Counted from the stretch's first letter, positions 37,385 to 47,627 are shown. The stretch is 61,781 nucleotides of DNA from a virus (IMGVR_UViG_3300038962_000198:1-61781), one strand, 5' to 3'. The notes: generated by a model from the sequence alone, not told the origin. A program made the numbers and translations.

Positions 37385-37874
37385 ACTTAAAGGCCTTTGA
37401 CTTTTGAACATTGATAAAAACATCGCTAACATTCTTAATAGAGGAAGATAAATAATTAAGACGATCAGCCCTCTGTTGAGCATATCGTTGGATATCTGCT
37501 ATCTTACTAGTATAGCCATCCTCTTTAACAGCTTGGTTAAATTGACTATCCCATGAACCTTTATAAGATTGTTCCCTACCAGACACACACGTTTTCAAGG
37601 TTTTAGTCGCCCAATTAACACGCGCTATTTCCCTGTTATAAGTTCTTTGTATGTGAAATGAAAGAGAGGCTAGTAAAAGTGCTGCCTCTGAGCATTGTTC
37701 AGGAGTTAGTTTTTCAATTTGATCCCTAGATAGTTGTAAATATGCTTGACCCACACCATCGTATAGACCTTCTTGAAATTTGGGCAATCCTAAAGAGGAC
37801 TCATATTCATCTAACACGCTATCTATTTTGTCTAGTTGCTGTTTGGCGAGATCCCCTTGAGTCTTTGATGCCAT
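37377..37874 (-). CDS. Hypothetical helical protein (possibly UvsY-like recombination mediator)
   Basis: Helical/coiled-coil 165-aa protein near recA. Function is an inference only. Confidence 0.45.
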   Translation of the reverse strand: MASKTQGDLAKQQLDKIDSVLDEYESSLGLPKFQEGLYDGVGQAYLQLSRDQIEKLTPEQCSEAALLLASLSFHIQRTYNREIARVNWATKTLKTCVSGREQSYKGSWDSQFNQAVKEDGYTSKIADIQRYAQQRADRLNYLSSSIKNVSDVFINVQKSKAFKYG

Positions 37875-38257
37875 TGGTCTGTATCCTCGTTAAATGGTAA
37901 TTCTATATAGTTTAGGTTATTTAGACTGCACCAATCTTGTAGGTCGATATCTCGTTTTTTTTGATTTAAAAAGTCTTGCGCACATGAATGGTATAAAGTA
38001 TTAAATTTATAATGTTGCGACCCATGCACCTCTATTACAGTTTTAATTGTGTTAATATAGAAGTCTAGAAATACCCTCTGGTTCAATCTTATTTGTACAA
38101 CTACTTCTTCACAAATTTGAAGCGTTGGATAGATTTCTTTAATCAAAGACCGAGCAGTTAAATGTAGCTGAGAACGAGGTCGTTGGTCATTGGACCGAAC
38201 AACCGATCCTTCTACTTTCCATTTATGAATATTGCCATCTAAATCTCTAATTTTCAT
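37832..38257 (-). CDS. Vsr/DUF559-like endonuclease
   Basis: CEE...FLDFYI...VIEVHGSQHY...QKKRD motif pattern. Confidence 0.75.
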   Translation of the reverse strand: MKIRDLDGNIHKWKVEGSVVRSNDQRPRSQLHLTARSLIKEIYPTLQICEEVVVQIRLNQRVFLDFYINTIKTVIEVHGSQHYKFNTLYHSCAQDFLNQKKRDIDLQDWCSLNNLNYIELPFNEDTDQWHQRLKGISPNSN

Positions 38258-38270
38258 TAGTAGTATAAGC

Positions 38271-39257
38271 CTATTGAATATTAAGTGGATTTACTTGACG
38301 CCAACCAGAAACATCAATAGGGGGTATGCGTCTAATAGGCTTTGTTGTAGGTAATAAAATCGGGAATTGCTTTGCATCTTCGCTCGTAGGACCTGAAATA
38401 CCCTTCTCTGCACCTTTATGTTCGCTAGGCATCTTTAAAATAGTTTCATAAGATGGAACTGGTAAGTTTTCATCTAAGGCCCATAATATGTTTTGTTTTT
38501 GTGCCCAGCTACGCATACGTCTAATCGGCACAATAAGATTGAAAGTTTCTCCAGCTCCTCTCACCAACATACCGGCATAGCGACCTGCGTACTCTCCCGA
38601 TGATTCAGTTAGAAAAATACCTCCTCCCGAACTACCCGGAAAGGCAGGAGCGCTAGTTTGATCAAACACTACGCCATCCCCCGTTCCCAATTCTAATACC
38701 CTTCCCACCTTGGACATTATACCCCTTGTCATAGAGTTAGACCCAACTTGCCCCAACAAACTTCCCACATGATATAACTCAGCACCTACTGGAACAGGTG
38801 TGTTATCAGGATAGAATAATATGTTTTGATCGACAAAATTTCGTTTTCTTACGACTAACAATGCCAAATCCTCTCCGCTGTCAGCATCGCTATATTTGAC
38901 AATCTTGGCATCCATTTTAATTTCGCCAACACGACGACCCTTTTCTACTAACTCTTTTACAATCTGCGCGTCTTTAAATTCTACAATCTTTTTAGGCATT
39001 CCATCTTCAATTGTATTTCTAACCGATCTTAAACGAGCTACTACATGCGCAGCAGTCCATACAAAATTAATTTTTTCTGTTGTGTCGCCCACTGGAACTT
39101 CGCGAGTGATGATTACTCCCGACCCTTCACTTGCGCCCGCCTTAACGGTTACAGATACATCCTGTAGTTTTTGATACAATGCCGCATCACCACCCCAAAC
39201 TTGAGCGGTAGTTACTGCCAATAAACATACTCCTAATAATGTTTTTTGCATCATCAT
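38271..39257 (-). CDS. Secreted trypsin-like (S1) serine protease
   Basis: Signal peptide, GSGVII, TAAHVV (His), EDLALL (Asp) and PGSSGGG (Ser). Confidence 0.88.
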   Translation of the reverse strand: MMMQKTLLGVCLLAVTTAQVWGGDAALYQKLQDVSVTVKAGASEGSGVIITREVPVGDTTEKINFVWTAAHVVARLRSVRNTIEDGMPKKIVEFKDAQIVKELVEKGRRVGEIKMDAKIVKYSDADSGEDLALLVVRKRNFVDQNILFYPDNTPVPVGAELYHVGSLLGQVGSNSMTRGIMSKVGRVLELGTGDGVVFDQTSAPAFPGSSGGGIFLTESSGEYAGRYAGMLVRGAGETFNLIVPIRRMRSWAQKQNILWALDENLPVPSYETILKMPSEHKGAEKGISGPTSEDAKQFPILLPTTKPIRRIPPIDVSGWRQVNPLNIQ

Positions 39258-39259
39258 AG

Positions 39260-40234
39260 TTACCTTTCTATTCCAATCATGGAGAAAATAGTGTCCTCAA
39301 ACTCTTTATATTGATCTGGATTTTCTTCTAAATATTTAGCTAGATTATTTTTACCTTGCATCTTTTCGTCATTAGGTAAGGTGAGCCATGCACCACTTTT
39401 ATTGACTATACCAAAATCGATTAATAAATCTGCTAATTCCATCTCTTTCCAAATTCCACGTCCATACTTAATATGGCTTTCTACTTTTTGTCCCGGTGGC
39501 CCTATAGCAGAAGTCACTACTTGCCAATGAACAGTTTGTCCAATTTGTGTTTCTCCTTGCATAATGGGCTTAGTGTGTGAAGCATGTAATTTAACATCTA
39601 CCTGATATTTTAAAGCAGTTCCAGACTTTTCTACCTTGGCTTTTCCTCTGCCAAATGCCACATTGGCCATCAAGTGTGTAATCCCCACCACTGTTACTTT
39701 ATTTATCGGTAGCGCTGGAGCAATTCTTCTGCAAAACTTGGCCAATATTTTTTGCACAGTCATTACTTGTTGGTCAGTCAAATCTCCTGTCAGTTCAGCG
39801 TCACTGGCTAAGGCCGAAAAAGAGTCCACAACACATATGGTGTTGGGATGTGTATGAATAATTTGATCAAAAATGCCTAAATATTGTTCTGCTGATAAAA
39901 TATTTCCTTGTGTCGATCCTATAATCTGAATTTTGTCAGCGTCAGTTTTTAATTCTTTAATACCTTCGAGATCCCTTTTCCGTAATCGACCTTCAACATT
40001 TCCATAATAGATTTTACGATCATCTTCCTGTGCGTTGGCACAAAAATTTAATGCCGTGACAGTTTTACCTGCTTTTTCCGGGCCTGTCATAATAAATAAC
40101 GAGCCCTCAGGTACTCCACCTCCCAAAGCAATATCTAATTTAGGACTTACCGATATAATTTTTAACTTTTGATCAATAATAGAAGATGGGTCATGTATAA
40201 CATTCCCATATTCTTTTGTAATTTCTTTAATCAT
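39260..40234 (-). CDS. recA: RecA/UvsX-like recombinase
   Basis: LDIALGGGVP, GPEKAGKT, VVDSFSAL, SGTALKY and KSGAW motifs. Confidence 0.9.
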   Translation of the reverse strand: MIKEITKEYGNVIHDPSSIIDQKLKIISVSPKLDIALGGGVPEGSLFIMTGPEKAGKTVTALNFCANAQEDDRKIYYGNVEGRLRKRDLEGIKELKTDADKIQIIGSTQGNILSAEQYLGIFDQIIHTHPNTICVVDSFSALASDAELTGDLTDQQVMTVQKILAKFCRRIAPALPINKVTVVGITHLMANVAFGRGKAKVEKSGTALKYQVDVKLHASHTKPIMQGETQIGQTVHWQVVTSAIGPPGQKVESHIKYGRGIWKEMELADLLIDFGIVNKSGAWLTLPNDEKMQGKNNLAKYLEENPDQYKEFEDTIFSMIGIER

Positions 40235-40710
40235 TCCAAATCCTCAAGTTTAGATATAATGGATTTTTTCTTATTGTTGGTGCTAAAGGATTCAGGCTTG
40301 GTAAACTTATACGATAAGTAATCATTTGTTGGTTTCGTTTTAGGTATATAATTATACTTATCGAGCTTTTCATGTACCCACTTGGGACGAAGGCTAATAA
40401 TAAATCTATTATCACGTAAAAATGCAATAATCTTGTCTACCGTATGGGTATTGATTAACTTGGTTAGACTACGATTATTAATTTGTTCAGTGTAAAACTT
40501 TTGCCATTCTATTAGGCTTAACTCTTTGGTATAGAAACCACGAGGTAGTTCCTTGGATTCTCCATTATTATAGCTATCTCGTAATGCTTTATTTTCACAT
40601 ATCAATTCCACAATATATTGTCTTCCAGTCACCCACGCATAACCGTTTTCGTCTACATTAGGAGAGTATCTAGAAGGATATAGATTGGTATCGGATCTTG
40701 ACTTAGCCAT
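40231..40710 (-). CDS. Hypothetical protein
   Basis: Start refined to MAKSRSD (40710). Operon-like packing. Confidence 0.6.
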   Translation of the reverse strand: MAKSRSDTNLYPSRYSPNVDENGYAWVTGRQYIVELICENKALRDSYNNGESKELPRGFYTKELSLIEWQKFYTEQINNRSLTKLINTHTVDKIIAFLRDNRFIISLRPKWVHEKLDKYNYIPKTKPTNDYLSYKFTKPESFSTNNKKKSIISKLEDLE

Positions 40711-41008
40711 TAATCTTATGAATCCAAGGTGAACGTTCTGTTTTATCGCTGGGTGATTGTGTATGTTTAGACTCGTCTCCACGAACCGCAGCAGCTTCTG
40801 TCATAACACTAACACCCTTGTTACCAGATGCGGTCGTCTTAATAAAAAGCTGATCTCTTACAGACTCTGCCGCAATACGCTCAATTTCTTTTTCAACTAT
40901 TGCAACGTTTCTGTTCAATTGAGTTGCCATTTCTTCTGTAGATACTTTATTAGCAATCATACCCTTTATACATGCTGTTTCAATAGTTGTAATCTTGCCC
41001 TTTTTCAT
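40703..41008 (-). CDS. Hypothetical protein, HTH-like
   Basis: STEEMATQLNRNVAIVEK resembles an HTH. Confidence 0.55.
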   Translation of the reverse strand: MKKGKITTIETACIKGMIANKVSTEEMATQLNRNVAIVEKEIERIAAESVRDQLFIKTTASGNKGVSVMTEAAAVRGDESKHTQSPSDKTERSPWIHKING

Positions 41009-41430
41009 AACAGTTCCCTTTCTGCATTGTGTAAATATGCAATATTTTTAGTTCGTAAGAAATCTCTATAAAATTCAAATGCTCTTTTTCCTATCTCAAT
41101 AAACCTCCATTCCAAACGACCTGCATGACCCAATCTTTTAGCCGCCATTCCCTCACTAAACATTCCTAGAGGATTATATAATCTACCGTGTCTTCCACGT
41201 TTGGCATAATACTTAGTTCTTTTACCAATACTTACTTGCATAGCAAATGCGTTAGGAGACTCTTTTGCGACTTCTGCATCCATTTGCACACAAGGATATC
41301 TATCATTTTCTAAGTAATCTTGTTGTCCAGTAATAGTGTAAATTACCTCTGTTCTTTCAGCCTCTTTAGCTGGTTTGTTTTTATTGATAATGTGTTCTTC
41401 TTGCGAGTTGTCAACTTGGTTTTTTGCCAT
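41005..41430 (-). CDS. Hypothetical protein
   Basis: 141 aa with SD GGAG upstream. Confidence 0.6.
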   Translation of the reverse strand: MAKNQVDNSQEEHIINKNKPAKEAERTEVIYTITGQQDYLENDRYPCVQMDAEVAKESPNAFAMQVSIGKRTKYYAKRGRHGRLYNPLGMFSEGMAAKRLGHAGRLEWRFIEIGKRAFEFYRDFLRTKNIAYLHNAERELL

Positions 41431-41446
41431 GACCTCTCCTTATCTA

Positions 41447-41794
41447 TTACTTAGTCCACTTGGTGCCACTTTTAGGCTTTGTTATACGAGTCATTCCTTT
41501 TGGTAGTTGTTTCATACCGCCAGTTTTTTTGGTTTTAAAATTTTCTACTATATCCTCTACTTGTCCCTTACTATATTTAGCGGTTTGCTTTTCCGCATAC
41601 TGACCGATTGTTTTACAATCAGATAAAGAAGAAGATACAACACCCCTAACATTGTCTGCTAAAAAATTTCTAATAAGCGAACCTTTACATGACGGACATT
41701 TAACCGTTTTGTGTTTTTTGTCATATTCAGACATGGTAAAAAAAAGCACAATCTGACTTGAGCATTTTTCACATTCAAATGTATAGTCTGGCAT
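41447..41794 (-). CDS. FmdB-family zinc-ribbon protein
   Basis: MPDYTFECEKC...CPSC motif. Confidence 0.8.
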   Translation of the reverse strand: MPDYTFECEKCSSQIVLFFTMSEYDKKHKTVKCPSCKGSLIRNFLADNVRGVVSSSLSDCKTIGQYAEKQTAKYSKGQVEDIVENFKTKKTGGMKQLPKGMTRITKPKSGTKWTK

Positions 41795-41855
41795 TGCCCA
41801 TCTCCTATTTACATTATACTGTAAAATATCCTACGGCAAACGAAGTTTTGCTTAT

Positions 41856-44354
41856 TTAGACACATTTCGACCACCCACACTGAACACATGTAATGCATCC
41901 TTCCTGCCTGACCAATCCTTTGCTTTCACATTCTTCGCAAATACCCTCTTCTTTAGTTCCGTCTGGTATATATTTTTTAAGTGCTCTGGCCATGCTTTTA
42001 GCTAAGCACGTCATGTCTCCTCTAACCTTTTCAAGTTGCTGTACTACCATGTGGATATCTGCGCCATGGCGAAGAGATGTAGAGGTCATTCTAGTTAAAG
42101 CGTCTTCTTCTGCACTACAAGTCGCATTAATAGGAGACAATTCTAATCCATCCTCCAAAATAGCTTTATATACCCCTTTTGGCCTCCCCATTTTAATTAC
42201 AACACCATTTTTAACCTTTTTTCCAATAAAGCCATTTTTACCAGCAAACACTTCATATGGTTCATCATTATAAATACCAACTATGACAAAATATTGTTCA
42301 CCTTTGACCGATATATGATATACATCACATGGTAGTTCTTTAGGTCTATCAGGAGAAACAGTTTTAGGTATTTTATTTGCCGAAGAAGTTTTCGACAATA
42401 CGTTAGTCATTGTACCAGCTCTATAAGTGGTAAATCCCTTAATTCCCTTTTCCCATGCCTTCTTATATACATTTTTAAAATCGTCATAAGGATAATTATT
42501 AGGTAAATTAATTGTTTTAGAAATAGCAGAATCTACCCACTGCGCAAAAAGCGACATGGTATTAACATGGGATGTGACATCTAAATCCATAGTGCAAGCG
42601 GCCCATCCAGCATCTGAGTTCCATTTTTTGATATTTTTAAGATATGAAACACCATAATCTTCCACCCACTCTTCTTTTAATAAGCCTCTAGTTCTATCAA
42701 ATTTCCAAGTTTTATCTGCGAATTGGGTAGCTAATAAGTCTTCATCACCTTCTTTAATCCAATTCCAATTAACTTCGTTATCTTCAACACTTTCTAGATC
42801 AAAAGTTTTATTTTTCCAATCTATATTCTTAGGAACTGGTAAACCTTCAGGAGCATTGGGTTGAATTGAAGTGCGTACATAACCGTGCATGAATAAAGGC
42901 TCTAACCCTCCACTGACCAAGTTCGCAAAACATGAACTATTACCCGTGGGTTGGATAGACGTGACATGAGAATTACGCATCCCATGCTCTTTTATTAAAT
43001 TGAGAGTGCTGCGATCTAGCCTTTTTATAAATTCGCCTTTAACATAAGACTCCTTATCGTATAATGGAAATGTACCTTTCTCTTTTGCTAGTAACGCAGA
43101 AGCTTTATATGCTTCATTAGTAAAAAACTTCATTAGCTGTTCAGTAAGCTCTAAAGCTTTGGTACTTCCATACTTTACCCGCGCCATTAGCAATGCTGAG
43201 CCGTATCCTAAAACCCCTAATCCAATACGTCGCTTACTTTTTAAATTATCTTTTTGTGACTTCAGAGGAACCTGTGTTTTATCATTAACGTTGTCCATAA
43301 ATCGTACAGAAGTATGAATGATTTTTTTTAGCTCATTATATTTCCAGTCCTTTTTATCTTCGTCAATAAAATGTACTAAATTAATTGAACCTAATAGGCA
43401 GACGCCTCCGATAGGTAGTACCTGCTCTCCGCATGGATTGGTGGCATTAATCCATTCACAATAATGTAGATTATTCATTCTATTCATATGGTCCACAAAT
43501 AGAACTCCGGGTTCATTACGATTATAGGTATTTTGCATAATCAAATCCCAAAGCTGCCGAGCAGAGTCAAATTCATGATAAGCTACAGTCGAGTCTTCTT
43601 TACCTATTAAAGATATCCATGCGTCCAAATCACCGTTCCAATGAGTCTTATATTCATTAGGATATTGCTCATAATTAGGAAAGACTAGCTTCCAAGGCAT
43701 ATCCATTTTCATTGCCATCATAAATTCATCAGTACATAATACAGACATATTGAATTTCGATAAACGACCGGGGGTTTTTTTTGCTTCAATATATTCTATA
43801 ATGTCAGGGTGCCAGCAACTCATTGTGACCATCTGGGCACCTTTACGTATAAAATTCTTTTGGTCTTTACGGGCGATTTTACCAGATCCAGATGTAATAA
43901 TTTCCGAAGACTTGTCCCATAGTTCCAAAAACTTAACTGCTCCGGGTGACTGGTTAGCAATACCGCCTATATGAGAGCCACAGGGTCTCATAATATCTGC
44001 ACAAAATCCATAACCGCCTTCACTTTTTAAGATTTGTGCTTGCCTAAGTAAGGTATTATAAATACTTTCAATTGAATCTAAATCTTTACCTTCAAAGCCA
44101 TCTACAAAACAATTAATATATGTAGTACCTTTTAATCCTGTGCCTGCATTCGAGGTAATACGACCACCGGGAACAAACTTAAAATCTTCTAATGATTCAT
44201 AAAATTTTTGCTCCCACTGTTCCTTATCTTCTTCCACAGAAGCTAAATCTTTTGCTACCCTATGCCAAGTATCTTCTACGCAAGTGTCAGTTTTAAATTT
44301 ATATTTTTGATACCATGTTTCATAACTAAAACTATTAGTAAATTTATTAGACAT
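41856..44354 (-). CDS. nrdJ: Class II (B12-dependent) ribonucleotide reductase
   Basis: VPGGRI, NCFV, FNMSV, EPGVLF, TNPCGEQ, CLLGSINL, IQPTG and DSAISKTIN motifs, plus a C-terminal TSCPD-like domain and Cys4 finger. No small-subunit gene adjacent. Confidence 0.9.
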   Translation of the reverse strand: MSNKFTNSFSYETWYQKYKFKTDTCVEDTWHRVAKDLASVEEDKEQWEQKFYESLEDFKFVPGGRITSNAGTGLKGTTYINCFVDGFEGKDLDSIESIYNTLLRQAQILKSEGGYGFCADIMRPCGSHIGGIANQSPGAVKFLELWDKSSEIITSGSGKIARKDQKNFIRKGAQMVTMSCWHPDIIEYIEAKKTPGRLSKFNMSVLCTDEFMMAMKMDMPWKLVFPNYEQYPNEYKTHWNGDLDAWISLIGKEDSTVAYHEFDSARQLWDLIMQNTYNRNEPGVLFVDHMNRMNNLHYCEWINATNPCGEQVLPIGGVCLLGSINLVHFIDEDKKDWKYNELKKIIHTSVRFMDNVNDKTQVPLKSQKDNLKSKRRIGLGVLGYGSALLMARVKYGSTKALELTEQLMKFFTNEAYKASALLAKEKGTFPLYDKESYVKGEFIKRLDRSTLNLIKEHGMRNSHVTSIQPTGNSSCFANLVSGGLEPLFMHGYVRTSIQPNAPEGLPVPKNIDWKNKTFDLESVEDNEVNWNWIKEGDEDLLATQFADKTWKFDRTRGLLKEEWVEDYGVSYLKNIKKWNSDAGWAACTMDLDVTSHVNTMSLFAQWVDSAISKTINLPNNYPYDDFKNVYKKAWEKGIKGFTTYRAGTMTNVLSKTSSANKIPKTVSPDRPKELPCDVYHISVKGEQYFVIVGIYNDEPYEVFAGKNGFIGKKVKNGVVIKMGRPKGVYKAILEDGLELSPINATCSAEEDALTRMTSTSLRHGADIHMVVQQLEKVRGDMTCLAKSMARALKKYIPDGTKEEGICEECESKGLVRQEGCITCVQCGWSKCV

Positions 44355-44383
44355 ATTTAACTAACTCCGTTATCTTTCCAACT

Positions 44384-45004
44384 CTAATCTAAGTCTATAA
44401 CATTGTGTTCGATCAATGTAGTACTACCATATTTAAAAAGCCATCGCGAACTTGTGTGGTAATCTTTTTCTTTAATACAATGTACTTCCTGTATACCGGC
44501 GTTAATGATAGAACCGGAACATTGTATACAGGGGACACCACACCAGCAGAACATTATAAGTCCTTTGGCTGGAATGGGAAGCTTGTTAAGGGCGTTGCGT
44601 TCTGCATGTTGACACGAGCATAGTTCAGATCTTTGACCAGATGAATAACCTAATATATTACGGGGACACTTATTACATTGAGACAATAGAGTACATGCAT
44701 GATCGGAGTCGAAGATGGATGGGCGGGTATAAGACAATGGGTCTTTAGTAGGAGAACATTGAAGATATTTGTAAATTTGTGACTGTTCTTTATCGGTCAA
44801 CTGTGGCCAAAAAAAGCCTTTTAAAAAATCTACATCGGTACAGTGCGGAGTATTTTCAGGTGGTCCATTATAGCCCGCACCTACTATACCATTAGTTAAC
44901 GGATCAACTACCACAACGCCCACCTTACGAGATAGGCAAGGGTTTTGGTCGTTTGCCATGACCTTTGCCAATCTCATATATTTCCTAACAAATTTATCCT
45001 TCAT
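44384..45004 (-). CDS. dCMP deaminase
   Basis: CLSRKVG, GYNGPP, HAERNA and PCIQC motifs. Confidence 0.9.
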   Translation of the reverse strand: MKDKFVRKYMRLAKVMANDQNPCLSRKVGVVVVDPLTNGIVGAGYNGPPENTPHCTDVDFLKGFFWPQLTDKEQSQIYKYLQCSPTKDPLSYTRPSIFDSDHACTLLSQCNKCPRNILGYSSGQRSELCSCQHAERNALNKLPIPAKGLIMFCWCGVPCIQCSGSIINAGIQEVHCIKEKDYHTSSRWLFKYGSTTLIEHNVIDLD

Positions 45005-45258
45005 TTTGTTGACTTATACTTCTTCCATTCTTCTTGGCGTTGTTTTTTAATATTTTTTTCAACACACCTACAGTATGTCTGGGTAGTCTTTGTAGGGCGA
45101 TTTTTTCTTAATGACGAAAATCCCTCGGAAGGCATGTCGGTAATCAGATATCCCTTACCATGACATTGATTGCACTTCTTATTATTATACAGTCGTGCTA
45201 TCAATGGATCGAAGGTCGATCTGTAATAAATTGTATTTTCCTCATCTTTTTTTTTCAT
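45001..45258 (-). CDS. Hypothetical small zinc-finger protein
   Basis: CNQCHGKG...YCRC motifs. Confidence 0.55.
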   Translation of the reverse strand: MKKKDEENTIYYRSTFDPLIARLYNNKKCNQCHGKGYLITDMPSEGFSSLRKNRPTKTTQTYCRCVEKNIKKQRQEEWKKYKSTK

Positions 45259-45849
45259 TTACCAGTCCTTTTGAAGTGTAAATTGATATTCAAATAGTGA
45301 TGATCTTGCCAAATCGGATGGTGTAACTGCTGAATCTGCTAAATATGGAACCGGGTCGATATATGCCGTTCGGTATGCATATGCCGCAGCAGTACTACAA
45401 ACAAAAATTTTCGTTGCGTTATTATCCTTAATATTTTGTTGTGCTAATCGACAAAACGGTAGATAATGCTTGACCAGCTTCCATATATTTCTCCATCCGT
45501 ATGGCAAGCCTGTAAGTTTTAACATAATAGTAGTAACTTTAGATTTGGTTAAATCATCTAAAATATAACTATCGTTTTCATAATCTACTCTTTTGGCAGC
45601 TCGAAAAACATCGATACCAAAAGGACTGTTATCTACTTGTGTTTTTAATGAAACAGAACGACCACCTTTAAATTCGCGAAATTCTACGCATTGCAAATTT
45701 TCATTATCCCAATGCGCAATTCCTACGTGACTATGAACGCCTGAGCCGTATCGTTTTATAAGCCACGACATAATACCCTTTCCGCGAAACAGTAATATGT
45801 CTGCTTCTTGGATCAGAGGCATAGCCTCCGAGTATGGGATTATATTCAT
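45259..45849 (-). CDS. Permuted papain-like NlpC/P60 (YiiX/YebB-like) amidase/peptidase
   Basis: ADILLFRG, HSHVGI (His first), GLPY, FVCS (Cys later) and VTPSDL motifs. Confidence 0.8.
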   Translation of the reverse strand: MNIIPYSEAMPLIQEADILLFRGKGIMSWLIKRYGSGVHSHVGIAHWDNENLQCVEFREFKGGRSVSLKTQVDNSPFGIDVFRAAKRVDYENDSYILDDLTKSKVTTIMLKLTGLPYGWRNIWKLVKHYLPFCRLAQQNIKDNNATKIFVCSTAAAYAYRTAYIDPVPYLADSAVTPSDLARSSLFEYQFTLQKDW

Positions 45850-46181
45850 GTTGAGTTGTTACCTGTTGAAAGTAGTTCTAGTGCATGAGAAAGTGTTGAA
45901 ATTTGAACCCGTAGACTATTAATAGCCTCTGTGTTTTTTTCTAATATTCTTTCTAATCTGTCGTTTGTTTTTTGGATTTCATGCTCATGATCTATTAAAG
46001 ATTCATGATATAGTTCTAATTTAGTTGCCATAGCTATAGTCCGTTGATCAACCAAAACAGACGCTTCGCTTCGACTTATAAGATCTTTTCCTGTCAGCAT
46101 CCAAAACCCTGCCATGCTAATAACAATCGTTGCTAAAAAAAACACAACGTCCTTTACATAGGGATTTTCTTTTATTGACAT
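45846..46181 (-). CDS. Single-TM coiled-coil protein (holin-like candidate)
   Basis: N-terminal hydrophobic helix followed by a coiled coil, directly upstream of the amidase-like gene. Confidence 0.45.
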   Translation of the reverse strand: MSIKENPYVKDVVFFLATIVISMAGFWMLTGKDLISRSEASVLVDQRTIAMATKLELYHESLIDHEHEIQKTNDRLERILEKNTEAINSLRVQISTLSHALELLSTGNNST

Positions 46182-46200
46182 ACCTATAGTTCTTTCGTAA

Positions 46201-46243
46201 GAAAAAGGATAGAAAGGGGCCTTGGAAATTTTCCAAGACCCCT
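46201..46243 (-). terminator. Probable intrinsic terminator
   Basis: The - strand reads AGGGGUCUUGGAA-AAU-UUCCAAGGCCCCU followed by UUCUAUCCUUUUU, just after the stop at 46261. Confidence 0.7.
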
Positions 46244-46260
46244 AATAATCTTAAATAATA

Positions 46261-46869
46261 TTACCAGTTGTTGCGTGCTTGATAGAAGTCGTTCGTCGGA
46301 TTTGGACTACCGTCTCGATAAGTCAAAGTACCCGGATAAGCTTGTGACGGATTGGCTGCAACGTCAGTACCCGATGCACGAACAGTACCAGCGGTATCAC
46401 TAGCTTTAGTGATGTCATACACACCTGAAGCGGCATTAGAAGGACCAGAGCTAAATGCTCCAGTAAATTCATTCCAGTTACCAGCTACAACAGCTGTTTT
46501 ATAGTAGTACGTTCTAAGAACATCTAATTGTAACGGAGTATTAGCTTCATTCGCACTATTAGATTGACCACCTTGTAAAGTTGTATTTGATATACCTGCA
46601 ATGGTGGTTTGAGCAACGCTAATAACTTGTGTTCCAGCATTAATTGAAGCTGCCTGATTAGCAGATACAACGCCACCAACACCAGAAACAATGGTTACAA
46701 TCTCACTACTGTCACCTAAGGCAGAACTTTTCCAATTAGCGGTATCACTAATTGTTCCACCATCACGAACGTTGCCGTGTCGATTGTCCACATATAGAGG
46801 CAAGCCATTTTCGCCATATACCCCAGTCGACGGACTTTTACCATAAGCTATGTTAGTAAAAAAAGCCAT
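46261..46869 (-). CDS. Putative virion structural protein
   Basis: Ala/Gly/Ser/Thr/Asn-rich 202-aa protein with its own SD and terminator, suggesting a separate highly expressed unit. Confidence 0.45.
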   Translation of the reverse strand: MAFFTNIAYGKSPSTGVYGENGLPLYVDNRHGNVRDGGTISDTANWKSSALGDSSEIVTIVSGVGGVVSANQAASINAGTQVISVAQTTIAGISNTTLQGGQSNSANEANTPLQLDVLRTYYYKTAVVAGNWNEFTGAFSSGPSNAASGVYDITKASDTAGTVRASGTDVAANPSQAYPGTLTYRDGSPNPTNDFYQARNNW

Positions 46870-46940
46870 AATAAAACCCTCTCTTAAAAGAGATTATATT
46901 TTCCTATTATTCCTATATTTAAATTCCTGTCCACCTATTA

Positions 46941-47627
46941 TTACACCAAAGCATCCTTAATTGCTTTGATAGATTTGAATTTTTCTGATCCCAACAATCC
47001 GTCTACAAACCCATAGGTTATAGCGTCCTTGGAAGATAGCCACCAGTCTTCTTTTGACTCTAACTTCCGTCGAATAAATGTTTTGGTTTTGGCTTGAGTC
47101 ATATCTTTAAAGTATTCACCTGTTGTAGAGCATACTTCTGCATATATATTGTACATCTGAGACTTACTTAGTCTAGTAAGTTCATAATAAGATTGTACTT
47201 GTTTTGTCGTACCTGACATAGCCTGTTCACCTTCGTGAATAAGCCAATAACAATTTGGCATTGTAATACGCAACCCCTTTTTGTATACTGCTTGTGGAAT
47301 AATACTACCCATCGAAGCAGCAACACCATGACATATAAAAATAAATGACGACGAACTTTGCTGAATAGCATCATAAATCATCATTCCACTTTCCCATTCC
47401 CCTCCTATACTCTGTTGATGGATAATAATTGGATTATTGTTAATACTATCTAAAATTTGAAGATTTTTCAAAAACTTATTAGACATTCGACTATCTATTC
47501 CTGAGTCTTCTCCGTCTTCCATATGTCCATGTAAAAATATCTCTCGACTCGATATAATAATATCATTGTCATGCGCTTCAGAAATATGAGAATATTCTGA
47601 AGCATTAATCTTTGTTTTGGCCGTCAT
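46941..47627 (-). CDS. clpP: ClpP-family protease
   Basis: SREIFL, SIGGE, IYDAI, GVAASMGS (Ser), LIHE (His) and DWWLSSKDAITYGFVD motifs. Start refined to 47627. Confidence 0.88.
   Translation of the reverse strand: MTAKTKINASEYSHISEAHDNDIIISSREIFLHGHMEDGEDSGIDSRMSNKFLKNLQILDSINNNPIIIHQQSIGGEWESGMMIYDAIQQSSSSFIFICHGVAASMGSIIPQAVYKKGLRITMPNCYWLIHEGEQAMSGTTKQVQSYYELTRLSKSQMYNIYAEVCSTTGEYFKDMTQAKTKTFIRRKLESKEDWWLSSKDAITYGFVDGLLGSEKFKSIKAIKDALV

Noticed and set aside
26209-44354. Inteins or introns in dnaE, dnaB, recA or nrdJ
   Set aside because: Protein lengths and motif spacing are normal, and no intein terminal motifs or LAGLIDADG blocks were seen.
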